The notes beneath the pieces are model-generated. The model was not told the DNA's origin. It ran no database searches and saw only the letters and a program-made list of their open reading frames with translations. A stretch of 64,000 nucleotides of DNA from assembly GCF_006345805.1 (NCBI RefSeq), contig NC_043000.1, forward strand, positions 34,596,001 to 34,660,000. The letters run 5' to 3'. This document shows, piece by piece, positions 1 through 12,701 of the stretch. The translations under genes were made by a program, and so were the position numbers. Within the stretch, counting starts at the first letter, position 1; each line of letters opens with the position of its first letter. This DNA comes from Octopus sinensis. Lineage: Eukaryota.

Positions 1-290
1 CAAGGTGGTTTTAAAATACTAATTCTGTTGTGTTGGGCAGGTCTTCTTGTGCACCGCAAGGTGCCATACATTTTGGTCCTTTTTCATCTCCTTTGTAAGG
101 CTTCCTGTTTCTATTGTACCTGTCTGTATTTCAAAGGGGCCAGCTTTGTCACACTGAATCTCCCCGAGAACTGTGTTAAGGGTACACATGTCTGTGGAGT
201 ACTCAGCCACTTGTACGTTAATTTCAAGAGCAAGCTGTTCCGTTGATCGGATCAACTGGAATCCTTGTCGTCCTAACCAACAGAGTTCTG
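1..290 (+). mobile_element. SINE fragment (family C), 5'-truncated at window edge
   Basis: Clearly homologous to 10984-11297 (shared gggccagc..gtcacac, tgaatctccccgagaact, gtactcagccacttg, ctgttccgttgat..gatcaactggaa). Confidence 0.65.
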
Positions 291-487
291 TGACATATAT
301 ATATGTGTCTGTATGTGCTTATATGTATGTGTATATGTATGGGTGTATATGCATGCTTATATGTATGAGTGGAAGATACGTTTCATGTGTGTACGTAAGT
401 ACATTGATTCAACTGTATGCCAGTAAGTTTGTGATATTAACACTCTGGGAAGTTTTTATATAAAATGCTGGGTGGATAAAGAAGTGT

Positions 488-559
488 ATGCACACACACA
501 CACACATATATTTATATACACATACACCCCATGCATGCATATTTATATATATAAATATA

Positions 560-594
<35 letters not shown>

Positions 595-1520
595 AGCTAC
601 ATATAGTTGTGTGTGTGTGTTTGGTAGTGATGCATATACATTGGTGAGTATTTATAGGATGGAGTTTATGTGTGTGTTTGTGTTTTTGTAATGTAAGTGG
701 ATGAGAGCTGTGTGTGTGTGTACGTTTGTGTATAAATGTGGATTTGTACTCCTACACCCTAAAAAAAAAAGAACTGTTATGTTGACCCTGTGTCAATTTA
801 TCTCTTAATGACTCATCATAACCAGTGCAACACCCATAACTTGCAGCGTCCTCTGTGGGGACAGCAGGGGGTAGGAGTGGAGTGCAACAGAGAGAGAGGG
901 GGGGGGGCAGGGGAAGCATTTGGTCTTGCTGAATTCACACTATCTCTCACACACGCATACACACACACACACGTTATACACACATATAAATATAGAATAT
1001 CTAACTATCTCTCTATATACATACAGACATACACACACACACACATATATATATGTAGAACATACATATACACACACACATGTATATACATGCCCACATT
1101 ACCCACCTCCATTCCATCAACAGCCATCCCCCCACAGTTGTTTCCGCAACAGCAGCAGCAACAGCAGCAGCAGGCTCTGCTCTTTGCATTCTTCACTTGT
1201 TTGTTTAGTTAGTTTTGTATTTACCCCACCCTGAATGTAAATAAACACATAAAAAGGTACACAGTAAATGTAGGATGATTTCAGGGGTGGATGGTGGGAA
1301 GGGAGAGAGGGTTAATAATAATGATGCTGATGAGTGACAAGAGAGAGAGAGGGGGAGAGGAAGAGGGAGAGGAAAGAGGGATATACTAATGCTGATAGTA
1401 ATGATGTTAGTAATGATGATGATGATGATGAAAGAAGGCAGATTATTCTGTGATGGTGGTGGTGATCGTTGTGATGGTGATGGTGGTAATAATAGCAAGG
1501 ACGATAATGATGATTAGGTA
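488..1520. repeat. Compound microsatellite block (CA/TA/GA, CAG, GAT/GGT)
   Basis: Visible di- and trinucleotide runs; source of HT/IY/poly-Q/poly-H ORFs in the track. Confidence 0.9.
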
Positions 1521-2305
1521 TTGCCAACAATAAAATGGTAGGGTGAGTGAAGTTTCCGGAACTGGTTTATAAAGCAAAAAAGAAAAAAAAAACCCTCAAG
1601 AACATGTGCTGTTGTGATGTTCATTCATTTCCAAAAAGATTTTCATCTGAAGTAAACTGTTAAATCTATTAACCATAGACATCATCTCAAAGACCCAGTA
1701 TTTACTGTGGTAGCCAAATAATTAGCAATAATTATGTTGGTAGATGATGACAATGTCCATGATGGTGATGACAAATGTTTAATTTGTGAGTGGACATCAT
1801 GAAGGAAGCCTTTACTTAAAGATATTTCAGCCATGACCATCCTGTCTTTCATTCAGATATAAGCTATCTCGGTCTACATTATATGATGTATCATTCCTTC
1901 TTACAAGAGGGCAGGATGTGGTTTCATTGAGATTTGGTTGCTATTTCTAGCAGGTGAGGTGACCATACAGATGCTTCTCATGGTCATAGATGGCACTTCT
2001 AGTACTGGTGATGAAGATGCTGAGTATATTTGTAAGATGTAGAGAAATAATGTAATAGAATTAAATTAACAAAATACAAAAAAAAAAAAACTGGGAGAAT
2101 GGCAGAAGAAGCAGAGAAACCAGAAGAGGAATAAATTGTGCTTCTAAGAATATTGGTAATGTCACAGAGGTACTCTGGACGCCTGAGGAATATTTGTAAT
2201 GTGATGTGTCCAAATGAAAGGAGTTTGTAACTTTTCAGTGCTTTAAAAGGGAGATAACTGTACTGGATGTTTCATACACAGGTCAGTGAAATTAGGCAAG
2301 TGGGT

Positions 2306-2637
2306 AACCTTTAACCTTTGTACATCAATGGGGTCCAGAATGTCAGAGACTTTTAACCTTTGTAGGTCAATGAGGTGAAGAATGTCAGTGAGGTGAGGAA
2401 TGTCAGTGACCTTTAACCTTTGTAGATCAGTGAAGAATGTCAGTGACCTTTAACCTTTGTAGGTCAATGAGGTGAGGAATGTTAGTGACCTTTAACCTTT
2501 GTAGATCAGTGAAGAATGTCAGTGGCCTTTAACCTTTGTAGGTCAGTGAAGAATGTCAGTGACCTTTAACCTTTGTAGGTCAGTGATGTGAGGAATGTCA
2601 GTGACCTTTAACCTTTGTAGAGGTCAGTGGCCTTTGT
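2306..2637. repeat. Minisatellite, 37/42-bp units, about 8 copies
   Basis: Core (t)gacctttaacctttgtag recurs at 2407, 2444, 2486, 2523, 2560, 2602 (spacings 37,42,37,37,42) plus two diverged 5' copies. Confidence 0.95.
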
Positions 2638-3607
2638 AATTGCTCTTAGACTGTTGTCATTTGATGTATGTATCATGTTGGCAGGGAAGCAATTTTGGAG
2701 GGGTTTAGAGAAAGGATTGGCATGAACTAAGAAACAGTAATGATAATCATAGCATGAAGGAGACAGGTACATGGGGTGGCCATGGTTGGAAGTGATATAC
2801 AATTAGTTGGTCCACTATTTTGTTTTGCTGTGGGCGGGATGGAGATGACCAAAGAAAAATATGAGTTTAGAGAGAAAATCCTTAAAAAGGGACAAGCAAA
2901 GGGCAGCACTGTCATGTTAGTGATCTGCATTTTATAAAGACCTGATTTGCATTATGAAGTATTGTCATTAATTTCGGCTTCGTTTACCTTGGCAAACAAC
3001 AACATCTACTTCTACAACGACAATGACTGCAGCAACCAGACAGAGACATTATGAATAAATTGTCCTCCATTGATGGCAACAATAACAAGATCATCATCAT
3101 CATCATCATCGTTAGCAGCAATATCAACAACAAAAACAATATCCGGATTAACAACAACAACAACATTTAGAGAAAAGGGTGCTTAATCTGCAAGAAAAAC
3201 AACTGCATCCAAGCATTTTGTATATTTTGAATTCTCTCAGCTATGCCCCACCCACCTCTCCGCCACCACCACCACCACCACCACTACCACCAACAACAAC
3301 AACATCAATGCTATTTGACAAGCAGCCCTTTGAAACGGTTTATACAATCCCCGCCTGTCCCTATGTTTTTAACCCTCAACATCCTCTCCCCAAGGGAAAC
3401 TGAAGCTGTTTTAGTTGGAGAGGAAACTCTTGTTGTTGTTGTTGTTTGTTGTACTTGATGTCATCGTGTGTGCACTCTTTTTAGCGGTGAGAGAGCTGGG
3501 AGTGGGGAGTTGGGGAGGGGGAGGGAGGGGGTCCCCACGCTGCCATAATTTGGGGTTTTATTCTTCATTACAACTGTTAATAATGTCATTATTATTATTA
3601 TTACTGA

Positions 3608-4180
3608 GGTGGTGAGCTGGCAGAATTGTTAGCATGCCACACAAAATGCTTAGCAGTATTTTGTCTGCCGTTACGTTCTGAGTTCAAATTCTGCCGAGGT
3701 CGACTTTGCCTTTCATCCTTTCGGGGGTCGATAAATTAAGTACCAGTTATGCACTAGGGTTGATATAATCGACTTAATCTTTCTGTCTGTCCTTGTTTCT
3801 CATCTCTGTGTTTAACCCCTTGTGGGTAGTAAAGAAATAGGTATTTTGTCTGGCTTTGTATTTCTGTGTTCAAATTCCATCGAGGTCGACACTGCCTTTT
3901 ATCCTTTAGGAGGTCAACGAAATAAGTCCCAGTGAAGCACAGAATTGCTGGCCTTGTGCCTATACTAGAAAGGATTATTATTATTATGATTATTATTATT
4001 GAAAGCAGCAAGAAGGGAGAACTGTTAGACCCCAGGCAAAATGCTTAGCAGAATTTCATATGTCTTTATATTCTGAGTTCAAATTCTGCTGAGGTCAACA
4101 GTGTCTTTAATCCTTTTGGGATCGATAAAATATATACCAGTTGTGCGCTGGGGTTGATGTGATTGACTGGAGATATTTGC
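3608..4180 (+). mobile_element. tRNA-derived SINE (family B), one full copy plus two partial tandem copies
   Basis: Head ggtgagctggcagaattgttagc, B-box-like gagttcaaattc, body gaggtcgactttgcctttcatcctttcggggtcgataaattaagtaccag; homologous minus-strand copies at about 43650-43868 and 51500-51710. Confidence 0.75.
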
Positions 4181-4579
4181 GAAGTGTTGTATTACAACAC
4201 CTCACAAAAATCTCCTTCGAGTAAAACCACCAATAGAAGAGAATATGACCAAAGACTGTGTGTACTCCATCCCATGCAGCTGTGGTAGGTTATACAAAGG
4301 CGAAACATGCCGCCCCCTCAAAATAAGGGTAGAGGAACATCACCGAACTGTGACATGAGGAGATATTGATAAATCGGCTATAGCTGATCATGTATGGAAA
4401 AATGGAGACCACCTCCCCCTATTAAAATAATAGACAGAGAATACCACTGGAAAATACGAAAACTAAAAGAAGCAGCACATATGCTAGGACACAATAACCT
4501 CCTAAGCAGACCGAGTGCAGATATAAGCAGCATATGGGAACCGGTGTTAAGGATGGATAGGAAAATATTAGATTTATAA
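4180..4579 (+). pseudogene. Penelope-like element (lineage 1) GIY-YIG endonuclease C-terminal fragment
   Basis: Translates LLRVKPPIEENMTKDCVYSIPCSCGRLYKGETCRPLKIRVEEH..DKSAIADHVWKNGDH..KIIDREYHWKIRKLKEA; VYxIPCxC..YxGET..R..EH is the PLE GIY-YIG signature. One stop and one frameshift. Confidence 0.85.
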
Positions 4580-4609
4580 GCCCTAAAAATTCACTTCATA
4601 ATTGCTCGC

Positions 4610-4671
4610 GGGCATATGGCGTAGTGGTTAAGAGAGCAGGCTACTAACCCCAAGATTCCAAGTTTGATTCC
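4610..4671 (+). promoter_or_regulatory. tRNA-like head with Pol III A-box and B-box inside the PLE terminal repeat
   Basis: A-box tggcgtagtgg (4617-4627), CT-ACT-AA anticodon-loop-like motif, B-box gtttgattcc (4662-4671; gttcgattcc in the copy at 49868-49877). No complete cloverleaf. Confidence 0.65.
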
Positions 4672-4755
4672 AACAATAATAATAACAATAATAATAATAA
4701 TAATAACATTGAAAAATACCTTAGGAATGAAAACCCAGGTTCGAAATTTCCCCAT

Positions 4756-4801
4756 GACACCTGATGAAGGCTGGAGGGTATATCAGCTGAAACGTTGTGT
4801 T
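4756..4801 (+). ncRNA. Minimal type-I hammerhead ribozyme, family 1 (core intact)
   Basis: gacac-CTGATGA-a-ggctgg[agggtata]tcagct-GAAA-cgtt/gtgtt: 5-bp stem I, 6-bp stem II, loop-less palindromic stem III (AACGTT), predicted cleavage GUU after 4796. Confidence 0.8.
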
Positions 4802-5412
4802 AACAACCAACAAGATGAGGACAAATATTCGTTGAATGTAAATAATGTAAATAATGCATTAAATGATGATGATGATGATGATAAGGAAGATGATGACAAT
4901 GATGATGAATACTACATCTAAATGTGAAGATTTCTTAGAGAAATATAAATCTGTAGCAAATAATGACGATATCTACTTCATATCACTATGATGTGTGTAT
5001 GTCTATGTATATGTAATATAAGTGTGTGTGTGTGAGTGTAATATTCAGACAAAATTACTCAGCTATTATTCCTATAGTTTTGCACACATACTCTAATAAT
5101 CTCAATGAAGAGTTAAACGACTTCATTTTAGTTTATGTCGACCATTAAAAAGAAAGTTTATTAAAAATAAACTCAAGGTTTCCTTGAATATGTTTCTTGT
5201 CGTTTTGTTTTCCTTTTTTTTTTTTTAAACAATAACAAAATATTTCTGGTTCTTTTATTCCAAACACGACGACACCGATAACTGGATAAGTTATAAAAAT
5301 GAACGACTATTTACGAGACAGCATGAAATGAAATTACTTCAAATACAACAGAATAAAATATTTACTAATTTCTCATAAATAATTGCTGATTACACAACTA
5401 ATATTGCTATTA

Positions 5413-5457
<45 letters not shown>

Positions 5458-5774
5458 TTGAAGTTAGAACATACTGTTATAGATTATCGTTATTGTTGGT
5501 TAAAATAAATAACATGTAGATTGCTTTCATGACATTCACCACTGAAGATAACAAGAATATCGATAATGCTGTTGTTAATGATAATGTTGATTATACTAAT
5601 ATCATTGATAATGTTGACATGTACAATTGTTAATGACAGTATTGATAATACTGTAGTTTAGTGGCTCTGAACCACTTCATAGTGGTTCCCAACCCTTTTT
5701 ATTCAAATGAGTTTCCCCCTGGACCCCTTTTAATAAGCCTATTCTTATGTGTGCGTGAGTGTGTGTGCGTATAT

Positions 5775-6385
5775 ATCATCATCATCACCATCGTTTAACA
5801 TCCACTTTCCATGCCAGCATGGGTTGGACGATTTTGACTGAGGGCTGGCGAACCAGATGGCTGCACCAGGCTCCAATCTTGATCTGGCAGAGTTTCTACA
5901 GCTCTTCCTAATGCCAACCACTCCGAGAGTGTAATGGGTGCTTTTTACATGCCACTGGCACGGGGGCCAGTCAGCCGGTACTGGCAATGACCTCGCTCGA
6001 ATCTTTTTACACATGCCACCAGCACAGGTGCCAGTAAGGTGACGTTGGTAACGATCATGCTCGAATGGTGCCTTTTTATGTGCCACCGGCACAGAAGCCA
6101 GTTAGCTGCTCTGGCAACGATCACGCTTGAATGGTGCTCTTGTCACCCTACTAGCACAGGCACAAGTGCCAGTAAGGCAACGCTGGTAACGATCACACTC
6201 GAATGGTGCCTTTTATGTGCCACTGGCACGGAAGCTGGTAAGCCGCTCTGTCAACGATCACACTCGTATGGTGCTCTTTGCACCCTGTTAGCACTGATGC
6301 CAGTCATCTAATTTGATTTTGATTTTGATTTCACTTGCCTCAACAGGTCTTTGCAAGCAGAGTTTAGTGTCCAAAGAATCAGTGT
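5775..6385 (-). mobile_element. RTE-type LINE 3' UTR fragment with (GAT)n tail and internal 60-70 bp tandem array
   Basis: Same sequence follows the RTE ORF end at 54620-54770; many copies in the window. Confidence 0.75.
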
Positions 6386-7049
6386 CATTTCTTTACAATT
6401 CTCCACAAAAGAATGTTCAACTGTTTTGTTGCCCACAGGATAAGGGGAGATATGAGCTTACCCGAAAACAAGGGAATATCAGAAAGAGAAGAAGACCTGG
6501 TTAAGAAAACCATTTCAACAAGTTTTGACTTATCCCTACCTGTATGGAAAATCATCATCATCACCATTTAGCATCCACTTTTCTATGCTTGCATGGGTTG
6601 GACTGAGTTTATTTGAGGAAGATTTTTGTACAGCTGGATGTCTTTCATGATGCCAATTCTTACTTGTTTCCAAAGAAGATAATAATTTCCCATGGCCAGA
6701 CATGTTTTGGCAGAATATTGAAAATGAATTGCACTGCTTGTATGACAGTGACAATCATTTACGACTATTATGCAATGTCCAGACAAGGAGACACATACAT
6801 ACACACACACATATACCCACAAATGCACACATACATATATATATAGACGCACACACACACACATATATTTCATCATCATCATAATCATTGTTTAATGTCT
6901 GCCTTCCATGCTGGCATGGGTTGGATGGTTTGACAGGAGCTGGCTAGGCAGAAGATGGCACCAGACTTCTGTGTCTGTTTCAGCATGACTTTTACAGCTG
7001 AATTCCCTTCCTAACACCAACCACCCTCTATACATATATAGATACTCTT

Positions 7050-7740
7050 TAGGGAACTTTTATATGATGATGATTGAGCTCTAGTCAGTCATTCTGAAAC
7101 AGGTCTGCAATCTCTTGTATCTGCATTTGACTCAGCTTGTGATGATTTTGGCTTGACCATCAACTTGGATTTAAAAAAAAACAGTTGGTGCTGTTTGCAA
7201 CCCAACTAAAATTTTTGTTAAGGGTAAATTACTTGAGGTTGTTGATTCTACTTTGGAAGCTCTGTACAAAATGATGGAAATTTGGACATAGAAATATATC
7301 TGCGAATTCAAAGGGCAATACAAGCATTTGGTGGTTTGGAGTCACACATTTGACACCAACGACATATAAGTAACAATACAAAATTGGCTCTTTACAAATC
7401 ATTTGTCTTACCATCCCTGTTATATTCTTCTGGAACATGGACACATTATGAAAGACATTTTAAATTGTTAGAACAATTCCACCAAAAATGCCTTCATCAC
7501 ATTTTAAACATTAAATGGCGTTCTTTTACTCCAAAACACAGATATCCTTGCATCTGCAGGCATCACCTCAATTAAAGCTATGATTTTGAAAAACCAAATG
7601 AGATGGTGTAGTCATATTGTTCGAGTGGCAGATGAACACAAACCCAAACAGCTGTTTTATGGTGAGCTTGCAGAGGGGAAACACTATCGGCATCAGATGC
7701 CATGATAATTCTAAGGTATAGGTACAAGAGGTGGTCAAAC
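7050..7740 (+). pseudogene. RTE (BovB-like) LINE reverse transcriptase C-terminal fragment
   Basis: Frameshifted translation ACDDFGLTINL..KT, LYKSFVLPSLLYSSGTWT..LEQFHQKCLHHILNIKWRSF..QMRWCSHIVRVADEHKPKQLFYGELAEGK, typical of RTE-clade ORF ends. Confidence 0.8.
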
Positions 7741-7764
7741 TCTGCATAAGGAGTAGACAACCAC

Positions 7765-7799
<35 letters not shown>

Positions 7800-8013
7800 A
7801 GATTGAGGTTCTTTCAGTTTCTGCCTACAAAATTCACACATTAGGCTTTGGTCAGCCTGGGGCTATAGTAGAAGACTTTTGCCCAAGGTGCTACACAATA
7901 GGACTGAACCTAGAAACATGTGGCTGGGAAGTAAACTTCTTACCACACAGCCAGTGGATATTAAAACAATGATGATGATGATGATGACGATATATATATA
8001 TATATATATATAT

Positions 8014-8370
8014 TTGTTTATTTGTTTCAGTCATTTGACTGCGGCCATGCTGGAGCACTGCCTTTAGTCGAGCAAACTGACCCCTGGACTTATTCTTTGT
8101 AAGCCTAGTATTATTGGTCTCTTTTGCTGAACCGCTAAGTTACAGGGACGTAAACACACCAGCATCAGTTGTCAAGCGATGGTGGGGGGGGACAAACATA
8201 TACATATATATATGACGGACTTCTTTCAGTTTCCATCTACCAAACCCACTCATAAAAGGCTTTGGTTGGCCTGAGGCTATAGCAGAAGATACTTGCCCAA
8301 GGTGCCACGCAGACGGACTGAACCCGGAACCATGTAGTTGGTAAGCAAGCTACTTACCACACAGCCACTC
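8014..8370 (-). mobile_element. tRNA-derived SINE (family A), full length
   Basis: Reverse complement of ggctgtgtggtaag..ggttccgggttcagtcc..ggcaccttgggcaagt..ggtagatggaaactgaaagaag..gcatggccgcagtcaaatgactgaaac; more than 10 copies in the window. Confidence 0.85.
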
Positions 8371-9684
8371 ATATACACACACACACAAGATCATTGTCAT
8401 TGTTTCCATTCTTCCGTGAAAACATGTTCAACCTTTGAGCGATGGGGAAATATTACCATACTTGGAGATAGGTGGAGACTGGCACCATGAAAAACATCAT
8501 CTGGCTGTAGAAAACCTACCTCAAAGCATTTTGCGTGAACCATGCCAGCATGATGACATTATGATGGTGATGACAATGATGGTGATGACACAAAGCCAGG
8601 ATGCAACTGTAAGTCTGCTGCATCCCCAAGTGACTGAGATCCTTCTTTTGTGTGAGGAACGTCCCAGACGGCTTGAGGGTAATGCTTCTTATTGTTAGTT
8701 CAACTACATTAAAACAACAAATGTAAGAGTGGTGAGTTTGCACACTGCCGTACGCCCACACATGAAAACACACCCACACACCAAACACACAAGTAAATAC
8801 AAATAAACACACATCAGATCTGAATGTGTTTACAAAGGGAAACGCGTTATTAGGTCATTTTTTTTTCCTTAGCAACAAATTGATTTGTGTTGGAATATTG
8901 CAAAACACAAAAGATGGCAACTGTTGTTTAAGCAATATTTCTAACATTTATTGTGTTTAGAAATGGTGAGGATATCAGAGAAAGAAGTGGTGAGGATTGG
9001 TGGACTTCAGAGGCCAGCTTAATGAAATGCGTACTAATTAAAATACATGCTCATATGTACACACACACACACACACACATGTGTATATAAATATATACAT
9101 ACATATGTATTTGTATGTATGCATGCATATATATATATTTGTATGTGTATAATACAGTTCACATGATTTGCAAAGAATCATTGTGTTACCAAAATTTTCC
9201 CTTTGACAGCGAAAATCACCATCACAGCACATGATAATAAAAAAACATGTGTCTCTCTCTAGTTTAAATTAAACATCACTATTCAATGGTAAAACTAATT
9301 GAGGAAAGAATATTAATTAAACCCTCAACTGATTATGAAATATTGGTGTAAAGATGAAGTTATAGAATTCCAGAGCAGAACATTTTTAGTGTATTTCTAT
9401 TAATGTTTGTTTTTAAACAATATTTAGCTTCTTGTTCTGTGTTTAACATGTATTGCATAGTTATGTATGCGTGTATTATTTGCTCAATTAACAAAGTAGT
9501 GTCGCATCACTCTGTAACATACATTTGTAACATACTTCTGCAATATACATCTGTAAAATACCTGAGCAAAAGTTGTTAGTTGCATCTGTGAAGTTTTGCA
9601 CCTGACAGAGAGAAAAAGGAGTTACTTGTGGTTTTGATTGTTTAATATCTATGTTCTGCATTTGAAATGAGGTGGGGTGATAGT

Positions 9685-10100
9685 CAGATGTTTTCACCTC
9701 AACATTCCATTATTATTCACAGTGGGCCAGACGTTTCCACCTTAATGCTTCACTATTATTCACAGATGGCCGGATGTTTCCACCTCAATATTCCACTATT
9801 ATTCACAGATGGCCAGGTATCTCCATCTTAACACTTCACTATTATTCACAGATGGCCAGATGTTTCTACCTCAACACTCCACTATTATTCACAGATGGCC
9901 AGATGTTTCTACCTCAACACTCCACTATTATTCACAGATGGCCAGATGTTTCTACCTCAACACTCCACTATTATTCACAGATGGCCAGATGTTTCTACCT
10001 CAACACTCCACTATTATTCACAGATGGCCAGATGTTTCTACCTCAACACTCCACTATTATTCACAGATGGCCAACTGTTTCTACCAGAACACTCCATTAG
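9685..10100. repeat. 43-bp minisatellite, about 9.5 copies
   Basis: Unit ccactattattcacagatggccagatgtttctacctcaacact; anchor tattattcac at 9711, 9754, 9797, 9840, 9883, 9926, 9969, 10012, 10055; central copies identical, flanks diverged. Confidence 0.97.
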
Positions 10101-10983
10101 CATTCATAGCATTAATATGGTAGATGTTAGCCTTGTGTATGCAATTAGGGATTTTCAAGGATTTGGATGTAATGCTTTTGGAATGCTTTTACAGCTAGGT
10201 CAATTATCCCCATCACAAGACACTATATAACATGGATTGAGTACATTTTACCATTCTACCCATACGAGAGAAGTTTCTAAGAAGAGTAAAATGTTCCGAC
10301 TACATGCTGTCTTCACCCTAATATAAAGGTTTTACATCTCCTTCATGCAGAGTTTTGTTGGAACTTACAGCTCTGCTAGACATATCAACAAAAAATAACT
10401 GCCACAAGAATCAAACCATAAATACCCAACTCAAATTAAACACGATACACTACACACGCATACACGAAAGTAATTTAGAAACAAGCATTTGCCAAAACAC
10501 GCACACATACTGAACTATATTAATACACAAAATACAAAAATCCTTGACCACAATGCACACCACCCCTGAGATCTATCATTCAAATAATACATGATAAGTA
10601 AGGAAAATTCTTTAATTAGTTTAATGGACAACCTCATTAAACCACAACAAACCTCCACCTCATAAAGTACCCTTCATCATTAATCAAAACAAAATTCAAA
10701 AAACAAAAGCAAAAACCACTCAACCATTGCACACACACACACAGAAACAAACATACTAAATCAGATGGTCTATACAAAAGATAAGAAAAAAACAAGCTCT
10801 AACAACAACACACAAACATATCCAAAGATTTTTTTATGATACAAGATTCATATGCTGTAAACCCCCCTCATGGCCACATAATACACTCAGCACCCCACCC
10901 TTATTTTTATGTATAAATAAATATTTTATATTTTACTAATTTATATATACTATGAATCATTTGATATTTAATATAATATCATA

Positions 10984-11297
10984 GGATCACGGTTTCGATT
11001 CCAAGACTGGGCATTGTGAGTGTTTATTGAGCGAAAAACACCTAAAGCTCCACGAGGCTCCGACAGGGGCTGGTGTTGAACCCTGCTGTACTCTTTAACC
11101 ACAACTTTCTCTCGTCTTTCTTCCTGTTTCTGTTGTGCCTGTATTTCGAAGGGCCAGCCTTGTCACACCCTTTGTCATGCTGAATCTCCCCGAGAACTAC
11201 ATTAAGGTACTCAGCCACTTGCACGTTAATTTCATGAGCAGACTGTTCCGTTGATTGGATCAACTGGAACCCTCGTTGCCGTAAGCAACGGAGTGCC
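10984..11297 (+). mobile_element. tRNA-derived SINE (family C)
   Basis: B-box ggtttcgattcc at the 5' end; body homologous to 1-290. Confidence 0.7.
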
Positions 11298-12701
11298 ATC
11301 ATATAATTTGTATACAATACTATAATAATATTATTATAAACTCATAACGTCCCCCAATCTACTGGCTTCCTCCCAATGCCTCCTTTTTCTCTACCCCCAC
11401 CTTGCACGACCCCCTTAGACACCTGCACTCACCTGGACCCTCTCAACACCCACCGGAGGGGCGGTAGCACCCACTTTGAGAACCTATGCTGTAAACTAAC
11501 AACAATCTTTTACAAGTGGAACAGATAATCTGGATAAGCCATTCCAAAGTGCTTACCCATAAAGAAGTCTTCATTCCTGACCAAAACAAAGAACATTAGC
11601 AAAAGCCGCTCAACCATGAAATACCACTTAGAAACTCCTCTAGAAATAAATATGTCCTTAATTACTTTTACAGTTAAATTCAATCACAAACAAACAAATC
11701 ATTAAGATTTCCAAATTTTGATGGAAATAATATTCTCACCGACCAAATCAACCTTCGATGACATCAATATTCGCAAACACAATATGATATCACAAACTGA
11801 TAAAAAAAAAAAATAATAAACATTCAAACCACCATCATTAAATAGATAAATTCAGTAAATATGCAAATATAACAACAAAATGAAAATTATATACCTACTC
11901 CCACTCCTCATCAATGGATGAGACAAGAAAACTGAACACCAATAAACAAAAAAAAAAACCGACAAGGTAGAAAATAATAGTCAATCAGCAAAAAGCCAAC
12001 CAATGAACCGACAGAGAGAGCGGTGGAAATAGTGATATTAAAATAATTAAGATTGATGGATTCAAGGGATAAAAAATTATAGGAATTAATATAAATTAAG
12101 TGGTATAATGTAGTACATAATATGATTGATCAAAACGTGTGCATATTAATATTTGACTTTGCTATAAAGGCAAACGTTATATGTGGTGTGAAAGTTAGTT
12201 TTATAAATGTAAGATGTGTTATGTATAAAATTTAACACATGATATAGAATAACAGATAATGGTATAAAATCATGAAGTGGATCACAACTAACGAGAGAAA
12301 GACAATAATCAATTAGTTATTGGTTACATAAAATATAAATTAATGAATACAAAATAGTGAATCAAGACTAGTGTCTGACAGAAGGAAAGTAGTCACATTC
12401 ATTGATTAGTAGCCTCAATAGTTGTCAGGTTTAAAATGCCTTAGAGATATCTTGTGCATGAAGGATGAAAAGAATTCAGCGTTTGTTCAATAGGAGAACT
12501 CTGGGAAAAAGAAGAATTCCAGGTTTTCTGTGGTGCAGATATTGCAAAATTATTTATTTCTCAAGACTGATTCCATCTGTTTCAAGATCATCAAGCTAAG
12601 ATTAAAAAGTAGAGATTGCTCTTAAATCTAAAATGTATGAACTTTGTGAGAGTGGATCTGTTGGTGTTTATAAATGGGTGAGAACAGGAACAGCATTATT
12701 A

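Noticed and set aside
4610-4671. tRNA-Ser-like gene
   Set aside because: A/B boxes and an anticodon-like loop are present, but acceptor, anticodon and T stems do not pair; treated as a derived promoter head.
9571-9620. Minus-strand ~40-nt exon-like segment with a good acceptor
   Set aside because: No frame resembles SAMTOR or any protein I recognise; weak donor.
9774-10230. Three overlapping ~105-aa ORFs; possible CRISPR-like array
   Set aside because: Pure 43-bp tandem repeat with no unique spacers and no cas genes; ORFs are a by-product of a stop-free unit.
10200-12400. A/C-rich stretch possibly a further PLE remnant
   Set aside because: Composition is suggestive but I could not read convincing RT or endonuclease motifs.
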